Source of the DNA: Vicugna vicugna
Lineage: Eukaryota
Reading direction: 5' to 3'
DNA length: 64,000 nt
Assembly: GCA_013265495.1 (NCBI GenBank)
Contig: MU058557.1
Span: 374,001-438,000, forward strand
Shown here piece by piece: positions 1 through 12,330 of this stretch (position 1 is the stretch's first letter; every line of letters starts with the position of its first letter). The position numbers and the translations under genes are program-made. A model generated the notes under the pieces. It ran no database searches. It was not told where the DNA came from and was given only the letters and a program-made list of their open reading frames with translations.

Positions 1-1300
1 TTCAGTGAGATTCGACAAACGTATACACCCAATCACCAGTCCCTCCTAAAGTCAGGGTGTAAGGTGTGTCCGCCCCCCATAAGGTTACTTTGCCCCCCGG
101 AAGATTGTTCCTACGCCCGCGGGCACCCGCTCTCCTGACTTCCGCCACCACAGACTCATTCTGCCTGCTCTTCGGAGCAGAACCGCAGAGCACACGTGTC
201 CTTGTGTCTGGCGCTTCCTTCCCTCCAGTCTGACGCCTGTGAGATCCGCCCACGTTGGAGGATGTATCAGCAACTCACTCTCATTTCTGCGACGACCGAG
301 CAGCAACTCCCCTCTCCGTCTCGTGCTGAGGAGCGTGTAGACGCCCCCCAGGTCTGGGCTGCGAGGAACAGGGCTGCTGTAACCCTTCTCGTGCAAGCTG
401 CGTGTGGTTGTGTCTTCCTTTCTCCTGGAAAAGCGACTACGAGTGGAGTTACTGGGCCCCGGAGCAGGTACATAGCCGCAGAGGAGGTCTGCAGGGCGCC
501 ACCACTCTGCGCCCGCGGCGGCAGTGGAGGGACTTGCTCCGTGGTTTCACCAGCACTTGGTGCCGGCGCTCTTGTCCATCTTGACTCAGTGGATGTACGA
601 GTGGCGTTTCATCGTGGTTTAAGTTGCCTCTGGCTTCCATGACTTTGTAAAGTACCTACATGTGGTTCTCCTTGCTTTGGGGTACCCTGACCTTGTTGTA
701 GCTGTAAGTTTATGTTTTGCACCAAATCTGGGGGCTGTTCAGCTGTTACGCCTTCAGAAAATTTTTCTGCCTCATCTGTCTCCTCCCCAAGGAAGCCCCT
801 CAGGGCGCAGGTGTCAGACCTCCTGCTGTTGTCTCAGCGATCGCCTCGTCGCTGATGGCCTTTGCTTCAGTACTTTTTCTTTCTGTTCTTCAGTCGTTCT
901 CTCCTTCATGCGCACTGATCCTTTCTTCTGCAGCGTCCAACCTGCCTGTCAGCCTCTCCAGAGATTTTTTTTTAATTCAGATATTTTCTTATGGTTAGAA
1001 ATTCTATTTGGTCTTGCTTTATGGTTTCCATTTCTCTGTTGAGACTTCTTGTTTGTTACCCCATGTGTAAATTTGCTCCTTTAAATTCTTGGACATACTT
1101 CTAGTGGCTGTCTTGTTAAAGTTCTGGTCTGCAAAATACGGTCACCTGAGGATCTGTTTTTAGGGAATTCCCCGCCTCCCTTAATTATGAATCTCTTTTT
1201 CAAGCTTCTCTGATAACTAGTAATTGTTTGTTATGTGCTAGACATTGTCACTCATTCACTAGAAGGGGTGTAGAACATGTTGTCTTCTTTTAAAAGACGT
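1..1300 (-). mobile_element. Degraded ancient L1 (L1M-type) fragments, antisense
   Basis: 'ttcagtgagattcgacaaacgtatacacc' resembles an antisense L1M 3' end. The T-rich 650-1300 segment ('atcctttcttctgcagcgtccaacctgcctgtcagcctctccagagatttttttt') resembles antisense L1M ORF1. Recognised by eye; boundaries approximate. Confidence 0.55.
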
Positions 1301-1658
1301 TGTTTTATTCTGGATGCCAGTTGAAACCCCGGTATGGCCGTGCGAGGCTTGGCACCTGCTTTGGAGCGTGAGTCTGGTTCAGGGTTGCTCTTCGTCTTAG
1401 GTTTTGGCCTGTATTCGAGCGTGTGATTCTTATTCCTAAACCCTGGCCTTTCTGGGGTCTTGCTCTGTGCCCAAGGTGCCCTGGGAGCTTTCTCCACTCA
1501 GGCTGGGCAAGAACTGTGTCACCAGCTTGGCACCATGGTTGGCTTCTCCATCTCAGCCTCACAACAGCCCCGTCTGCTGGGCTTTATGCAAGACTTCCCT
1601 GCTCACATACAGCCTGGCCCTTCGCCAGGATCCGAGGGGAGCCCCCATGCAGGTTTAT

Positions 1659-2412
1659 TGTGATTGTGTGGCTTATAGTAAGAAATCTACATTTGGTCTT
1701 TGTCCCTGATCCTGCCATAGAGCTCCTAAAACTTAGAGAATTCCCTGAGATGACAGCAGTAAAGATGACTTCTGCTATGTTAATGGATGACTCTGGGACC
1801 ACTTAAGGATGGCATCTGGCTGCCAGGGAAGCCAGGTGATCAGAGGGTTGGAACTTTCAGTCCTACCACCTTGACCTCCATGGAGGGGAGAGAGGCTGGA
1901 GGTCGAATCTGTGACCAGTGGTCAATGGTTTAATCAGTCACACCTATGTAAGGAAACCTCCACAAAACCCCAGTGGGCAGGTTTGCACAGGTTCCCAGTT
2001 GGTGAAACAGAATGCATACACTTGCCCCAAACTCCACTGGGACAAAAGCTACTGTGCACGGACCTGGCCCTACATAACTCTTCGTCTGGCTGTTGGCTCA
2101 TACCCTTTAATATCCTTTGTAATAAACCGGTAATCTAGTGAGTACACTGGGTTTTGGGGTTCTGTGAGCTATTCTTGCAAATTAAACAAACTCAAAGAGG
2201 GGCTCCTGAGAACCTCCCAATCTATAGGCAGTCAGAAGCCCAGGTGACAACCTGGACTTGCCACTGGTGTCTGAAGTGGGGACAGTCTTGTGGGGCTGAG
2301 CCCTTAACCTGAGGCATCTAATGCTGTGTCCAAGTACACAGTGTCAGAATCGAGCTGGATTGTAGGACACCCAGCTGGTGTGGGGAAGCCCCCGGTGAGA
2401 ATGGGTGTCAGA
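1659..2412 (+). mobile_element. MER21-like solo LTR
   Basis: MER21-type blocks 'agagggttggaactttcag', 'gaggggagagaggctggagg', 'tttaatcagtcacacctatgtaa', 'tttgtaataaacc' (polyA signal) and 'gtgtcagaat...aggacacccagctggtgt'. Confidence 0.75.
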
Positions 2413-2919
2413 CTCAAAATTTTATGCCCTCACTGCACACAGCTCCTTCGTGCCCTGTCTCTGTCCAGCTCAGCCAGCTGCAGCCCCCCAGCCCCCCAGC
2501 AGCTCCCAGCTCTCATCTCTGCCTCCTCAGCCAGTAAGGCTGTTGACTTCTGTTTTGGCTTCAGCTCTCTGGACCTTGGAAGGGAAACCCAAGGCAGACA
2601 TGGGTCTCACTTCATAGCATCTTCCTTCTCTCAAGGGTCTCAGTCCCATTCCACCTGGTGCTCAGTGCCCATGAATAACTGCCTCATCTGTTTGCCCAGT
2701 GTCACAGCCGTTTATGGCAGGAGGGTAGGGTCAACGCCAGGCATAGTGCCACGGCTGCAGTCGACGTTCAGTCCTGATCAGATTTTCTTGATATGATGCT
2801 ACATGTCCGTGTAAGTCCCCAAGCTGCCCCCGTGTCACATGGGGAGCTGCTAGGGTCACGCCCATTAAAGCAAAAACTCAGGAAGACTTTCTCCTATTGT
2901 CACTGTTACTCAGTATTTT

Positions 2920-3600
2920 TGCAACTGGAGATGAGAAAAATGAGCTATAAAAAAGAACAAGGGAGGGAACAGAATGAATAGCTTTGCAGACGATGTGATT
3001 AAATCCCTGGAAAATCCAAGGGGATCCATTGCAATTCTGTTCCGAGCAATTTCGGTGTGTGGGCCAGAAACAATGCAGGCGTGAGCCTTGATCTGCACAA
3101 AAGCCTGTTGGCAGGAGGGGCGATGAGAGAAGAGCCCATTAGCCGTGGCACGGAGAAGCTAAAACCGAGACGCTCGTGAGCTCCAGGGGAGAAGCTGAAA
3201 TTCCGCTGAGGGGCACACACACAGACGTGAATGAATGAAGAGTGAGCCACGTGCTAGGATCAGCAGACCCAGCGTCGTAAAGACGCCAATCTCTGCTTCT
3301 AGGAATTTGTCCTACGGGTGTGACCTCACGCGCGTGTGAGAAGCAGCCTGGGCAGGGACGTCCATTGTAGCGTTGCCTGCGGCAGCAACAGACTGGGAGC
3401 ATTTCAAAGGCACGGAGGGCTGGTCAGATAGCTGTGACACGTGTGCGGCGGGTGCCGCCACTCACTCTCCAGGCATGGAGGGAAGATGGTCTCAAGAGTG
3501 ATGACTGCAGGAAAACATCAAGGTGCTGAGGGTATAATGTTCGGTCACCGTGAAACGTGCGTATGTGTGTGTGTTTGTGCGTGTGCTGTTTTGCACATTA
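2920..3600 (+). mobile_element. Degraded L1 ORF2 / 3' fragments
   Basis: 2983-3021 translates FADDVIKSLENPR, matching the L1 RT motif FADDMIxYLENPK. Downstream sequence is L1 3'-like but very diverged. Confidence 0.65.
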
Positions 3601-4049
3601 GAAACAGCTTGGCTCCAAGGAAAAGAAAACCTAACAGCATGAGGTCAACAAGTAGGGATTTATTTTCTCACAAGGCCCAGAGGAAGAGGTCCCAGCCCTG
3701 TCTCACTGCCCAACACAAGCCTCTTTCCATTCTGCTCTTCATAGCAGGTTGGCCTTTCCCCTCAGCCTCTTTGCCTTCTAGTTGCAGGGTGGCTGCCATC
3801 TCTCCAGCCCTCGGTCCTGCATTCTATTGGAAAAGCCAATGTTTTCTCTCAGCAGGCGTTGCTTGTATCTCATGGACCAGAATTGAGTTCATGGCTGCTC
3901 CTGGCTGCAAGGGAGGTTGGGAAATCAAGTATTTAACCAACTGTGAGGACGCTGTAACAGAAAAAGAAGAAGAAAAGGCAGACAATGGGGGTGGCCTGAG
4001 TCATTTACTATGTTGGCCATGCTGAGAATGTCTTCAAAGGACGAGAAAT

Positions 4050-4175
4050 GGGGAGAGGGTGTAGCTCAGTGGCAGAACGTGTGCCTAGCATGCACGAGGT
4101 CCTGGGTTCAAGCTCCAGTACCTCCATCAAAGTAAATAAATAAATAAACCTAATTACCTCCCTCACCCCCCCAAG
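4050..4175 (+). mobile_element. tRNA-Ala-derived SINE (Vic-1-like)
   Basis: Head 'gggtgtagctcagtggcagaacgtgtgcctagcatgcacgaggtcctgggttcaagctccagtacctcca', then (taaa)n and the 'cctaattacctccc' tail. Confidence 0.9.
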
Positions 4176-4350
4176 AAGAGGACACAAAATAAATTGGTGG
4201 CTCTAGTTGACTCTGGAAGGAAAACAGAGTGTCTGGGGAGTGTGTGCATCCTATTCTGGGAATCTAATACTCCGTGCATGCATTACCTACACAAGAAGTA
4301 AATGAAATATAGTCTTCATAATGGAAACCAGTAACACGAGTCTGGCTTCA

Positions 4351-4695
4351 CATAAAAAAGAATAAAAGCTTGCCATTTGCAATAACCTGGTTAGATGGAC
4401 TTGGAGGGCGCTGAGTTTAGTGAAGTAAGTCAGACAGAGAAAGACTAATACTGTACGATATCACTTATACGTGGAATCTTAAAAATACAAACACACAGAA
4501 GGGAGCAGACCCGTGGTTACCAGGGGGGAGAGGGAGGAGGGGGCAATATTGCTGTGGGGGGTTAGGAGGCACACAGAAGAATAGAGCAAATGTTTTATGA
4601 TAACAGCAAATGAAATATGCCCTTTAAAATTATGAACCTCTGTGTTGTACACTTGTAACTTCTATGATATGTATCAACTCTACTTCAATTAAAAA
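4351..4695 (+). mobile_element. L1 3' end (ORF2 terminus plus 3'UTR)
   Basis: 'gtgaagtaagtcagacagagaaagac...gatatcacttatacgtggaatc...gtatcaactctacttcaattaaaaa'. Confidence 0.85.
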
Positions 4696-4753
4696 TATGG
4701 GAAAAGTACGGCTTAAAAGAAAGTACGCCTTTAAAAATAGCATGTTCAGAACC

Positions 4754-4888
4754 TTTTTGGTGGGGTGGGAGGTAATTAAGTTTATTTATTTACCCATTTA
4801 TTTATTTACTTAGCGAAGGTGCAGGGGGCTGAACCCAGGACCTCGCACATGCTGGGCAAGCACTCCACCACTGAGCTGCGCCTCCTCT
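4754..4888 (-). mobile_element. tRNA-Ala-derived SINE (Vic-1-like)
   Basis: Reverse complement of the SINE: 'gggaggtaattaagtttattt...gaacccaggacctcgcacatgctgggcaagcactccaccactgagct'. Confidence 0.9.
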
Positions 4889-4899
4889 TGGTGAAACAT

Positions 4900-6945
4900 A
4901 TTTACTTATTTATCACTTTTATTTTTATCGAAGTACAGTCTGCTTACAGTGTTGTGTCAATTTCTGGTGCACAGCAAAATGCTTCAGTCGTACATGAACG
5001 TATATAGATTTGTCTTCATGTTCTTTTTCACCGCAAGTTACTACAAGATATTGAATATAGTTCCCCCGTGCTGTACAGTATGTATTTTATATATAGTAGT
5101 CAGTATCTACAAATCTCAAACTCCCAGTTTATCCCTTCCCACCCGTTCCCGCCCCTCCCCCCAGTAACCATAAGTTTGTGTTCTGTCTGTGAGTCTGTTT
5201 CTCTTTTGTAAATAAGTTCGTCTTTTTTTTTTAAAGATTCCACACAGAAGTGATATCATGTGGTGTTTTACTGGTTTGATAATGTTCTTTTGTATTAGCT
5301 TGGTTTCTTTTTGGTTTTTGTGACTCTTTTGTATGCTTTTGATTTGCGGTTACCCTGTTTTTCAAGTATGTTAACCCCTTACTATAGCTGTTTGCTTTAG
5401 ACTGGTGGTCATGCAGGCTCAAACACATCCTAAAATGAATGAAGAAAAAAAAAGAAAAAACCCTATATTTTCTTGCTCCCTTTTCCCACCTTTTAGGATT
5501 TTGATGTCCTTTTTTTTTTACATCTTCATGTTTATTCTCTTGCAGCTCATTGTAGTTACCACCTTTCCAGTTATGGTTTTCTCATGTCTATGGCTTCCTG
5601 CTTCTTCTCTATTTACAGCAGACCTTCCACCATTTCCTGTAGCGTGGGTTTAGTGTTGCTGAACTCTTCTAGTTTTTGCTTGCCTGTGAAGCTCTTTATC
5701 TCTCCTCCTATCCTAAAGGATAGCCCTGCTGGATACAGTATCCTAGGCTGCAGCTTCTTCTCACTCAGGACTGTGAATGTATGCTGCCCCTCCCTTCTGG
5801 CCTGCAGTGTTTGTGCAGTGGAGTCGGCTGAAAGCCTTATGGGGGGACCCCTGTAACTCACTCTTTTTTTTCTCTTGCAGCCTTTAGAATCTTTTCTTTA
5901 TCTTTAACTTTGGCCATCTTAATTATAATATGTCTTGGTATAGACCTGTTAAGGTTCTTCTTGTTTGGGGCCCTCTCTGCTTCCTGTACCTGGATATCTG
6001 TTTCCTTCTTGAAGTTCGGGAAGTTTCAGTCATGATTTCTTCAAGTACCTTTTCAGTTCCCTTTCCCCTTTCTTCTCCTTCCGGGACCCCTGTTATGCGG
6101 AGGTCGGCCTGCTTTATATCACCCCATAGGTCCCTCATGTTGCTTTCGTTGGTTTTTCCTTGCTTTGCTGTCTGCTGCTGTGATGGGGTGACTTCTGCTA
6201 CCCTGTCTTCTAAATCACTTATTCGTTCCTCTGCACTCTCTGGTCTTCTTTTGGCTGCCCTTAGCGCGGCGATCACCTCAGCGACTGAGTTTTCCTCTTA
6301 ATTGGCTCCTCTTTATAGTTTCCATTTCCTTTTCATAGTATTCTCTGCTGCCATTTACAGCCTCTGTCATTTCCCGCAGGGGCCTTATAACCTCTTTTTC
6401 GAAGCCATGATCCAGTAGATTGTCGAGGTCTATCTCATTGTTCGTTCTTCCAGGGGATCGCGCTTGTGCCTTTAATTGGGAGCAGCTGCTCTGCATCTTC
6501 ATTTTAGTTATCTCTCTGGCTCTGTGATTTAGGAGTATCTGCTGTGGTCTTGAAGGGCTGTTTTTTGTTTGTTTGTTTTTATTTAAGGTGGGAGCTTTCC
6601 TGTGCAGGCTGTTCGTCTAATAGGTTTGCTGCAAGGGCTGCTCTTAGTGGGGATGGCTGCCTCGTCTTTCTCCGTGTGTGTCGGCTGTCATCCCTTTGCC
6701 TGGGGGTGTGGCTGGTGTTGTGATCAGAGCCTGCCCTGACTGTTGTTGTGGAGCGGGGCCTCCTGTTCCGTTCTGCGGTTCTCACAGCCCTGACAGGGGC
6801 CAGGTCTGCCCCCTTGCTGCTGCAATAGAGGCTTCTAGGCCCCTTCCTGAGCTGTGGTGCGTGGCGGGCGGGGTTGGCGTGCTTCCGCCGGGAAGAAGCG
6901 TCGCCGAGCGCACCTCCGCGGGAGATGTCCACTGGGAAGTGTTCT
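4900..6945 (-). mobile_element. L1 derivative: 5'UTR, frameshifted ORF1 and spacer joined to the ORF2 C-terminal codons and 3'UTR (HAL1-like)
   Basis: Minus-strand ORFs 6278-6502, 5923-6276 and 5613-5861 are consecutive L1 ORF1p segments (AEERISDLED, LRITGVPEGEE, PIRLSAD, LQPRILYPA, GEIKSF). Near 5270 the spacer runs into KHHMISLLCGI, followed by an L1 3'UTR and A-rich tail (4900-5230). The 5' part (6600-6945) is CpG-rich. Confidence 0.85.
5613..6502 (-). pseudogene. L1 ORF1p, frameshifted
   Basis: Three ORF pieces in different frames carry the N-terminal, coiled-coil/RRM and CTD motifs of L1 ORF1p. Confidence 0.9.
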
Positions 6946-7289
6946 CGTAACTAACTGGTTTAAAACTAGGTCCAATGACAGGAGTAAGTAAGACGTCCTG
7001 AAGCTCTGGATGTTGAAGAACAGGAAAACTTAATCCATTAAATTGCTTCTGAAGTTCATCAAATAAGAGATTTTCCACACACTGTACTGAGAGGCTAGAT
7101 GGGTGTTTGCTCTGACAGCTGTGAATGATGGAGGGTGTGACAGGGGATGTAGCCCTTCCTTTCTGCTTCTTGTTTACCTAAAGCAGATACAACGTCGCAG
7201 AGAAAGACAAATGCGCGAGGAGCGATCCGTCGTGAACTGGAAGCCACACTGGTATCAACTTGGTCAGACAAAGCCTGAAGGCCACACTT

Positions 7290-8885
7290 CCAAACGCTTA
7301 GTGAAACTTCAAAAAAATTTTTTAAAATAATGTTTGGATTAAGGAGGAATTCATAAGGTAAATTACAATATACTTAGAACTTAACAATAATACAATCTCT
7401 ACAAAGTTCTGTGGAACACATTTAAAATAATATTAGAGACAATTATATAGCTTTGAGTATGCTGACCTGAAAATAAGAGAGACTGAAAAAAAAGACTGAC
7501 TAAGTCAAGGATCTGAAAATCTAGCCAAGAATAAATCCAAAGAAATAAAGTAGAAGGAAGGAAATAATAAAACCATAAATTAAGAGGGAACAAAAACAAA
7601 AAATAGCAATGACAAAATCAAAGCTGGCTCTCCAAATAAATTACTTCAAGAGTGATTAAGAGAAAAAGGAAAAATAAAATATAGGACAAAGAGGGGGAAA
7701 TAACTCTAGCCATAAGAGCATTATTTTAAATATAGGAGACTTTTAAAAAAAGTATACACCAATAAGGGGGTAGGGTATAGCTCAAGTGGTAGAGCACATG
7801 CTTAGCATGCACGAGGTTCTGGGTTCAATCCCCAGTACCTCCTCTAAAAATAAATAAACCTAAATACCCCCCAACTGTCTTTAGAAGTATATACCAAGTC
7901 TGAACACCTAGGCAAAATGCAGAGGCAGGGAAAATGGGAAATACTGAAATCTGAACAAGAAGGAAGAGAAAACTATGATTTTAATAAGGACTTAAGAATT
8001 AAAATAGTAACCAAGCCTCTCTCCCAGCACGCACGCGCGCACACACACACACACTTCCCAAAGCCCCTAACCCAGCAGGTACCACAGGGTAGAGCTACCA
8101 AGTCCTCAGGGAGCAGATGATCTACATGATAAGGTGTTCAGAAAAAGAGACATAGAGGGAAAGTGGTCCAACTCACTTTATGAAGCTAGTATAGAAATAA
8201 AAAAAGAAGCACAAGGTAAGTAAATTCTAAACCAGTTTGATTTATGAGTGTGAGTGTTTAAAACTTTAAAGTATCAGCTAACTAAAATCCAACTGTCTAT
8301 TAAGGTCACATAAAATTTCTATCAGGAATATAAGGATAGTTCAAGTCAGAAAATTTAACACAGTAATTCACCAGGTGAAAGAAGAAAAGAAACCCAATTA
8401 TTACGCTGATGCAGAATAAAGAACTGTCGCCCTCAAATCGGGGGCAAGCGTAACAGAGACACTTTCTCACTGCATCCCCTTTGAGGTTGTGAACAACACA
8501 AGGATGCTCATTCTCACAGCTGCTATTCAACACTATTCTGGAAGTCCTGCCCAATGCAATAAGACAAGGGAAAAAAAATCAGTAGTTTAGGAACTAGATA
8601 AAAGGAGGCAAAATTGTGTTATCATGTCTTTTCAAATAACATGTTAACTTACACTGAAATGCTAAAATAATCAACAGATTAACTATTCGTACTAATCAGA
8701 GTTCAACAGGGTTGCCCAATACAAAAGTCAATAGTATTCATTTAAGTCACCAAAAGATACATGTATAACAGAAAGACACTATTTTGAAAAAGAACAGACA
8801 TAAAACATTCAGGAATTAATCTTGGAATTCACAAGTCCTTTATGGGGAAAAAACCGTGAAATATCTTCCCAAGCTTTAACAGAAA
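7290..8885 (+). mobile_element. Ancient L1 ORF2 remnant
   Basis: A-rich. 8493-8573 translates TTQGCSFSQLLFNTILEVLPNAIRQGK, matching L1 RT [27 protein letters not shown]. Many stops. Confidence 0.85.
7766..7873 (+). mobile_element. tRNA-Ala-derived SINE (Vic-1-like) inserted in old L1
   Basis: 'gggtatagctcaagtggtagagcacatgcttagcatgcacgaggttctgggttcaatccccagtacctcc'. Flanked by aagtatacaccaa (7750-7762) and aagtatataccaa (7885-7897). Confidence 0.92.
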
Positions 8886-10819
8886 ACCGGATGACAGTAG
8901 ATGACATCTTTCCGCCAGTCGCGTGGTTTGGGGCCAGGCTGCGAGAACACTGCTGGTGCGCTTGGGCCCGCTGCTGCCTTGGCCACACTTGCCGGCTCTG
9001 GTGGCCACGTTTCTGTGGATTTGGAGGCCTGTAAGAGGCTCTGAGCAGAAGGGCAGGCCTCTGCTCTGCAGGCACCGTGGCCCATCTAGGTCTCCCTTTG
9101 ATCCCAGCTAACCCATGGCTTGATGGAGCTGCCCTGGCCCCCCGCGTCTGTATCCATGGGCTGAGCTCATCTCCTAATGCGTGGTGCTGGGATCTGGCCT
9201 TCCCCAAGGCTGCCCCTCCCATGCTGGGCTTTGTGGCTCCCAGGACAGGACACCCTGGCCCCTCTGCCCCACACAGTTGGTCACAGGTCAGTGGGCCGTG
9301 TTGGTGTTCTCTGTTCAGGCCTCCATGGCCTGAGCTCCTGAGAGAGACATCAGAGTGGTGACTAGGCCTGCCTGAGTTCTTCCCACATCATTGGGCAAGG
9401 AATGCCAAGGCGTGCTGGAGCATGCCTGCCTTCTGCCTGGCTCAGCCGACCTGCTTCGTGTGTGTGTGTGTGTGGTGGGGGTCTGGACACTGCAGGAGAT
9501 CTGCAGTCAGCTCCTCCCTGAACCTGGAGCTTCCAGGGGGACTTGAAGGGGGAAGGCCAGGAGATGCTTCCTTCTGCCCAGTCCCCAGACCCTGGGCTGA
9601 CTACATGACACCATGCCAGTCACTTAATCTCTCTGGGATGGTATTCTCAGCCAGGGACTCTGGCCTTGGCTGAGGGTCTCATTCTGCAGACACTTGGTAA
9701 GGGCTTTCCCTACCACAGCTGCGGACACAGAATCAGACCTGGGCTCAGGGTTGGGAGGTGAAGATGTTTCAGGGCCTGGGAAGTGATTCAGGCACAACCT
9801 GGGCCGGGAGCAGAGGGGAGTTGTGGGGCTGTGGGCAGAGCCTGCAGGGCAGGGTCTGCAGAGGTGACCACACCAGTGCCCTCGCCTCTCTGTCCTTCCC
9901 CCACTCCACCCCAAGGCCCACAGCATCTTCCATCCCATCCCCAGGTGTGGGTCAGCCCTGGTGTCCCCCAGCATGGGTGATGAATGTGGGAGGGGGGTTC
10001 AAACAGCTGAGCAGGGGTTGGAGGGGCAGAGGTGGGGCGGGAGCATGGGTTTGTGCCTGTGGGCACTAGAGAGCCACTGTGGGCTTTAAAGCAGGGGAGG
10101 TCTCCTGTCACATGTATGTTTGAGATACCTGTTGGCAGCTGGGACAGAGGTGAGTGTGGGGAGCTGGAACAGAGTGGGAGGAGGCAGGTGAGGGGGGGAC
10201 TGCTGGAATGGATGGGGTTTAGGAGGTTGGACCGATGGTGCAGGGAAAGGAAGGAATGACCTCCACCAGCTTCTGGCCTGAGCAGCCACGGGAGGGGGAC
10301 CTCTGAAGAAGGAGAGTGAGGTGGATTAGGGAGGGTCCAGAGGCCAGCTGGCACCCCCATCAATGCTCAGAAGGAGTTGGGGCTGGGGACAGAGGGCAAG
10401 GTCCCTGGCACATAAAGGAGATCAGAGCTGGGGATGCCTCAAGGTCGCCTGAAAGGGGATTATCAGGTCAGCAACAGAGAGAGGCCTGGGGGGAGGGCAG
10501 AGGCGCGGAGGGCAGAGGGGCAGGGAGGCCCGTGTGCCAGTATCATGCTGCCGGGGGAAGCGTTAAGCTGGCCGAAGTTCACCGGCCAGCAGGTGATGAC
10601 CATCAAGAGTCCTCACTTGCTTCTAGAAATGTTGTGATGACTCGAAATGCAAACAGTGATGAGAGGACAGAGATGCTCAATGCAGAATTATCTCTGATCA
10701 GGAATCTGTACACCATCTTAATGTCCAGCACTACATTTATTAAGGAAGTATTGGTCCAACCTGATGGATGGATCTCTCTACAACCCCGTATATCATGCTT
10801 TCACGGTGTCTCTTGGGGT

Positions 10820-11000
10820 GATCTTTCCAAAACTCGCATCTGACTGTGTGACTCTGCTACTGAAACACTTCCATGGCCCCCACTGCCCTCATGATGGAGC
10901 TGCAGCCAGGCTGCTCCATCAGCCTCCACTTCCCAGCTGATGCACACAAAGGACTTCTCACCTGTCCACCTTCCGTCCTTGGGGCCCTTGCCTGCACCTC
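10820..11000 (-). mobile_element. L2 fragment
   Basis: 'ctttccaaaactcgcatctgactgtgtgactctgctactgaaacacttccatggcccccactgccctc' resembles the common antisense L2 block. Confidence 0.55.
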
Positions 11001-11399
11001 TCGAGCCTCACCTGGACTCCCTGTGCACTCTGAGTAGTAGGACCGCTCTCTCCTCTGTCCCTACCATTCTCCTGCCCTCATCCCACCACCTCCTTCCCCC
11101 TAGGGGGTGTGGGTGTGCCCAGTGCTCAACCTGGGCCTGGGTGGGGGAGTGGTCAGTGTAGGTGCGCGGACACGCGGGAGTGAGGGGGACCTGAGCCCTG
11201 GGAGGAGGCAGTCTTGCAGCCCAGCCAGCCCTCCAGCTGATGCCCAGGGCCCAGCCCTCCATGGTGGGCTCCCCCTTTCCACCAGGACCCTAGGATGCTC
11301 TGCCGCACTTTGCCCTGCTGCCGCTGGGCTGGCGCCTGCAGACCTCGAGAGGTTCCATGCCCCTTGAAGGCAGAGAGGGCCCGCCTCTTCCTAGGCTGT

Positions 11400-12330
11400 G
11401 TTGGACGCTCTGGCCCAGCTCACAGCAGGACGCCGGCACCCAGTAGGCGCGTGTCGACGGAGTAAATGGAGGCGCGGAGGCAGGGCTGAAGGGCTGGACG
11501 CCTGTGCAGCCCCAACACCAGCTGCCTCAAGCTTCCCAGGCCTTCTCAGCCTCAGCTCCTGCTCAGACCCCCCACCCAAGTGCTAACACTCCCTGAGCGA
11601 ATCTCTCGGCTTCGCCGACCACACAGGCTGCCCGCGCCTCCGCCTCTTCGCTCTCGCTTTGCATCCTGCCCGAGCCCCGCCGGCTGGGAAGCGCCGAGAC
11701 AGGCTCTCCGGGCTCAGCCGCGCCCGCCCCCGCCGGTTGCCACCTGGCCCCGCGCACCCCACCCCGCTACGGGCCATCCCCCAACCCAAGGGATCCTCCT
11801 GGGGCCAGCAGGTCCTACCGCCAACGTGCCCGGGGTCCTCGCCTGAGTTGGCCACGGCCACGAGTCACCGCTGTCGGGGAAGGAATTCACCTCCGCTCGG
11901 GGCGGGGGGTGGGGGTGCCCTCCGCCCTCCCGCCGGGGCGCCCGGCCTCGCCAGGAATGCGCGCGGGGCCGTGCGCGGGCCGAGGGCGGGCGCTGGAGCG
12001 CGGCCGGCTGCCGGGCCCGCCGCGACGTGCTCGGGGACGCGGCGCACTAAGGCGCATTGCGCTGCCGCCCCTCGCCCCGCATCGCCTCATCCCGCCAGGG
12101 GGCCGTGACGTCGCCGGGCCCGGGAAGCTGTGGGGGACGGTCGGGGTGCGGCCCTCCCGCCCCATCCCCCGCCCGCGCCCACTCTCAGAGGGCCACAAGC
12201 CGACGGTGGCGCAGGAATCCCCAGGTCCGGCGGATCCCTGCGGCGGTGCTCGGCGGTGCTCGGCTGCAGTGCACGGCGGCGTGGAAGGCCCCAGACTCTC
12301 CATGGGCCCCACCACGTTCCATCTTTCCAC
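11400..12330. promoter_or_regulatory. CpG island with no associated gene visible
   Basis: Very dense CpG, GC boxes, CRE-like TGACGTCG (~12107) and CTCF-like CCGCCAGGGGGC (12092). Confidence 0.7.

Noticed and set aside
7766..7842. tRNA-Ala(AGC)-like sequences here and at the other SINE heads
   Set aside because: They carry SINE tails, several have TSDs, and scattered mismatches break the cloverleaf. These are retroposed SINEs, not tRNA genes.
10567..10590. Perfect 8-bp hairpin GCTGGCCG-N8-CGGCCAGC
   Set aside because: Expected by chance in 64 kb of GC-rich DNA and too short for a pre-miRNA.
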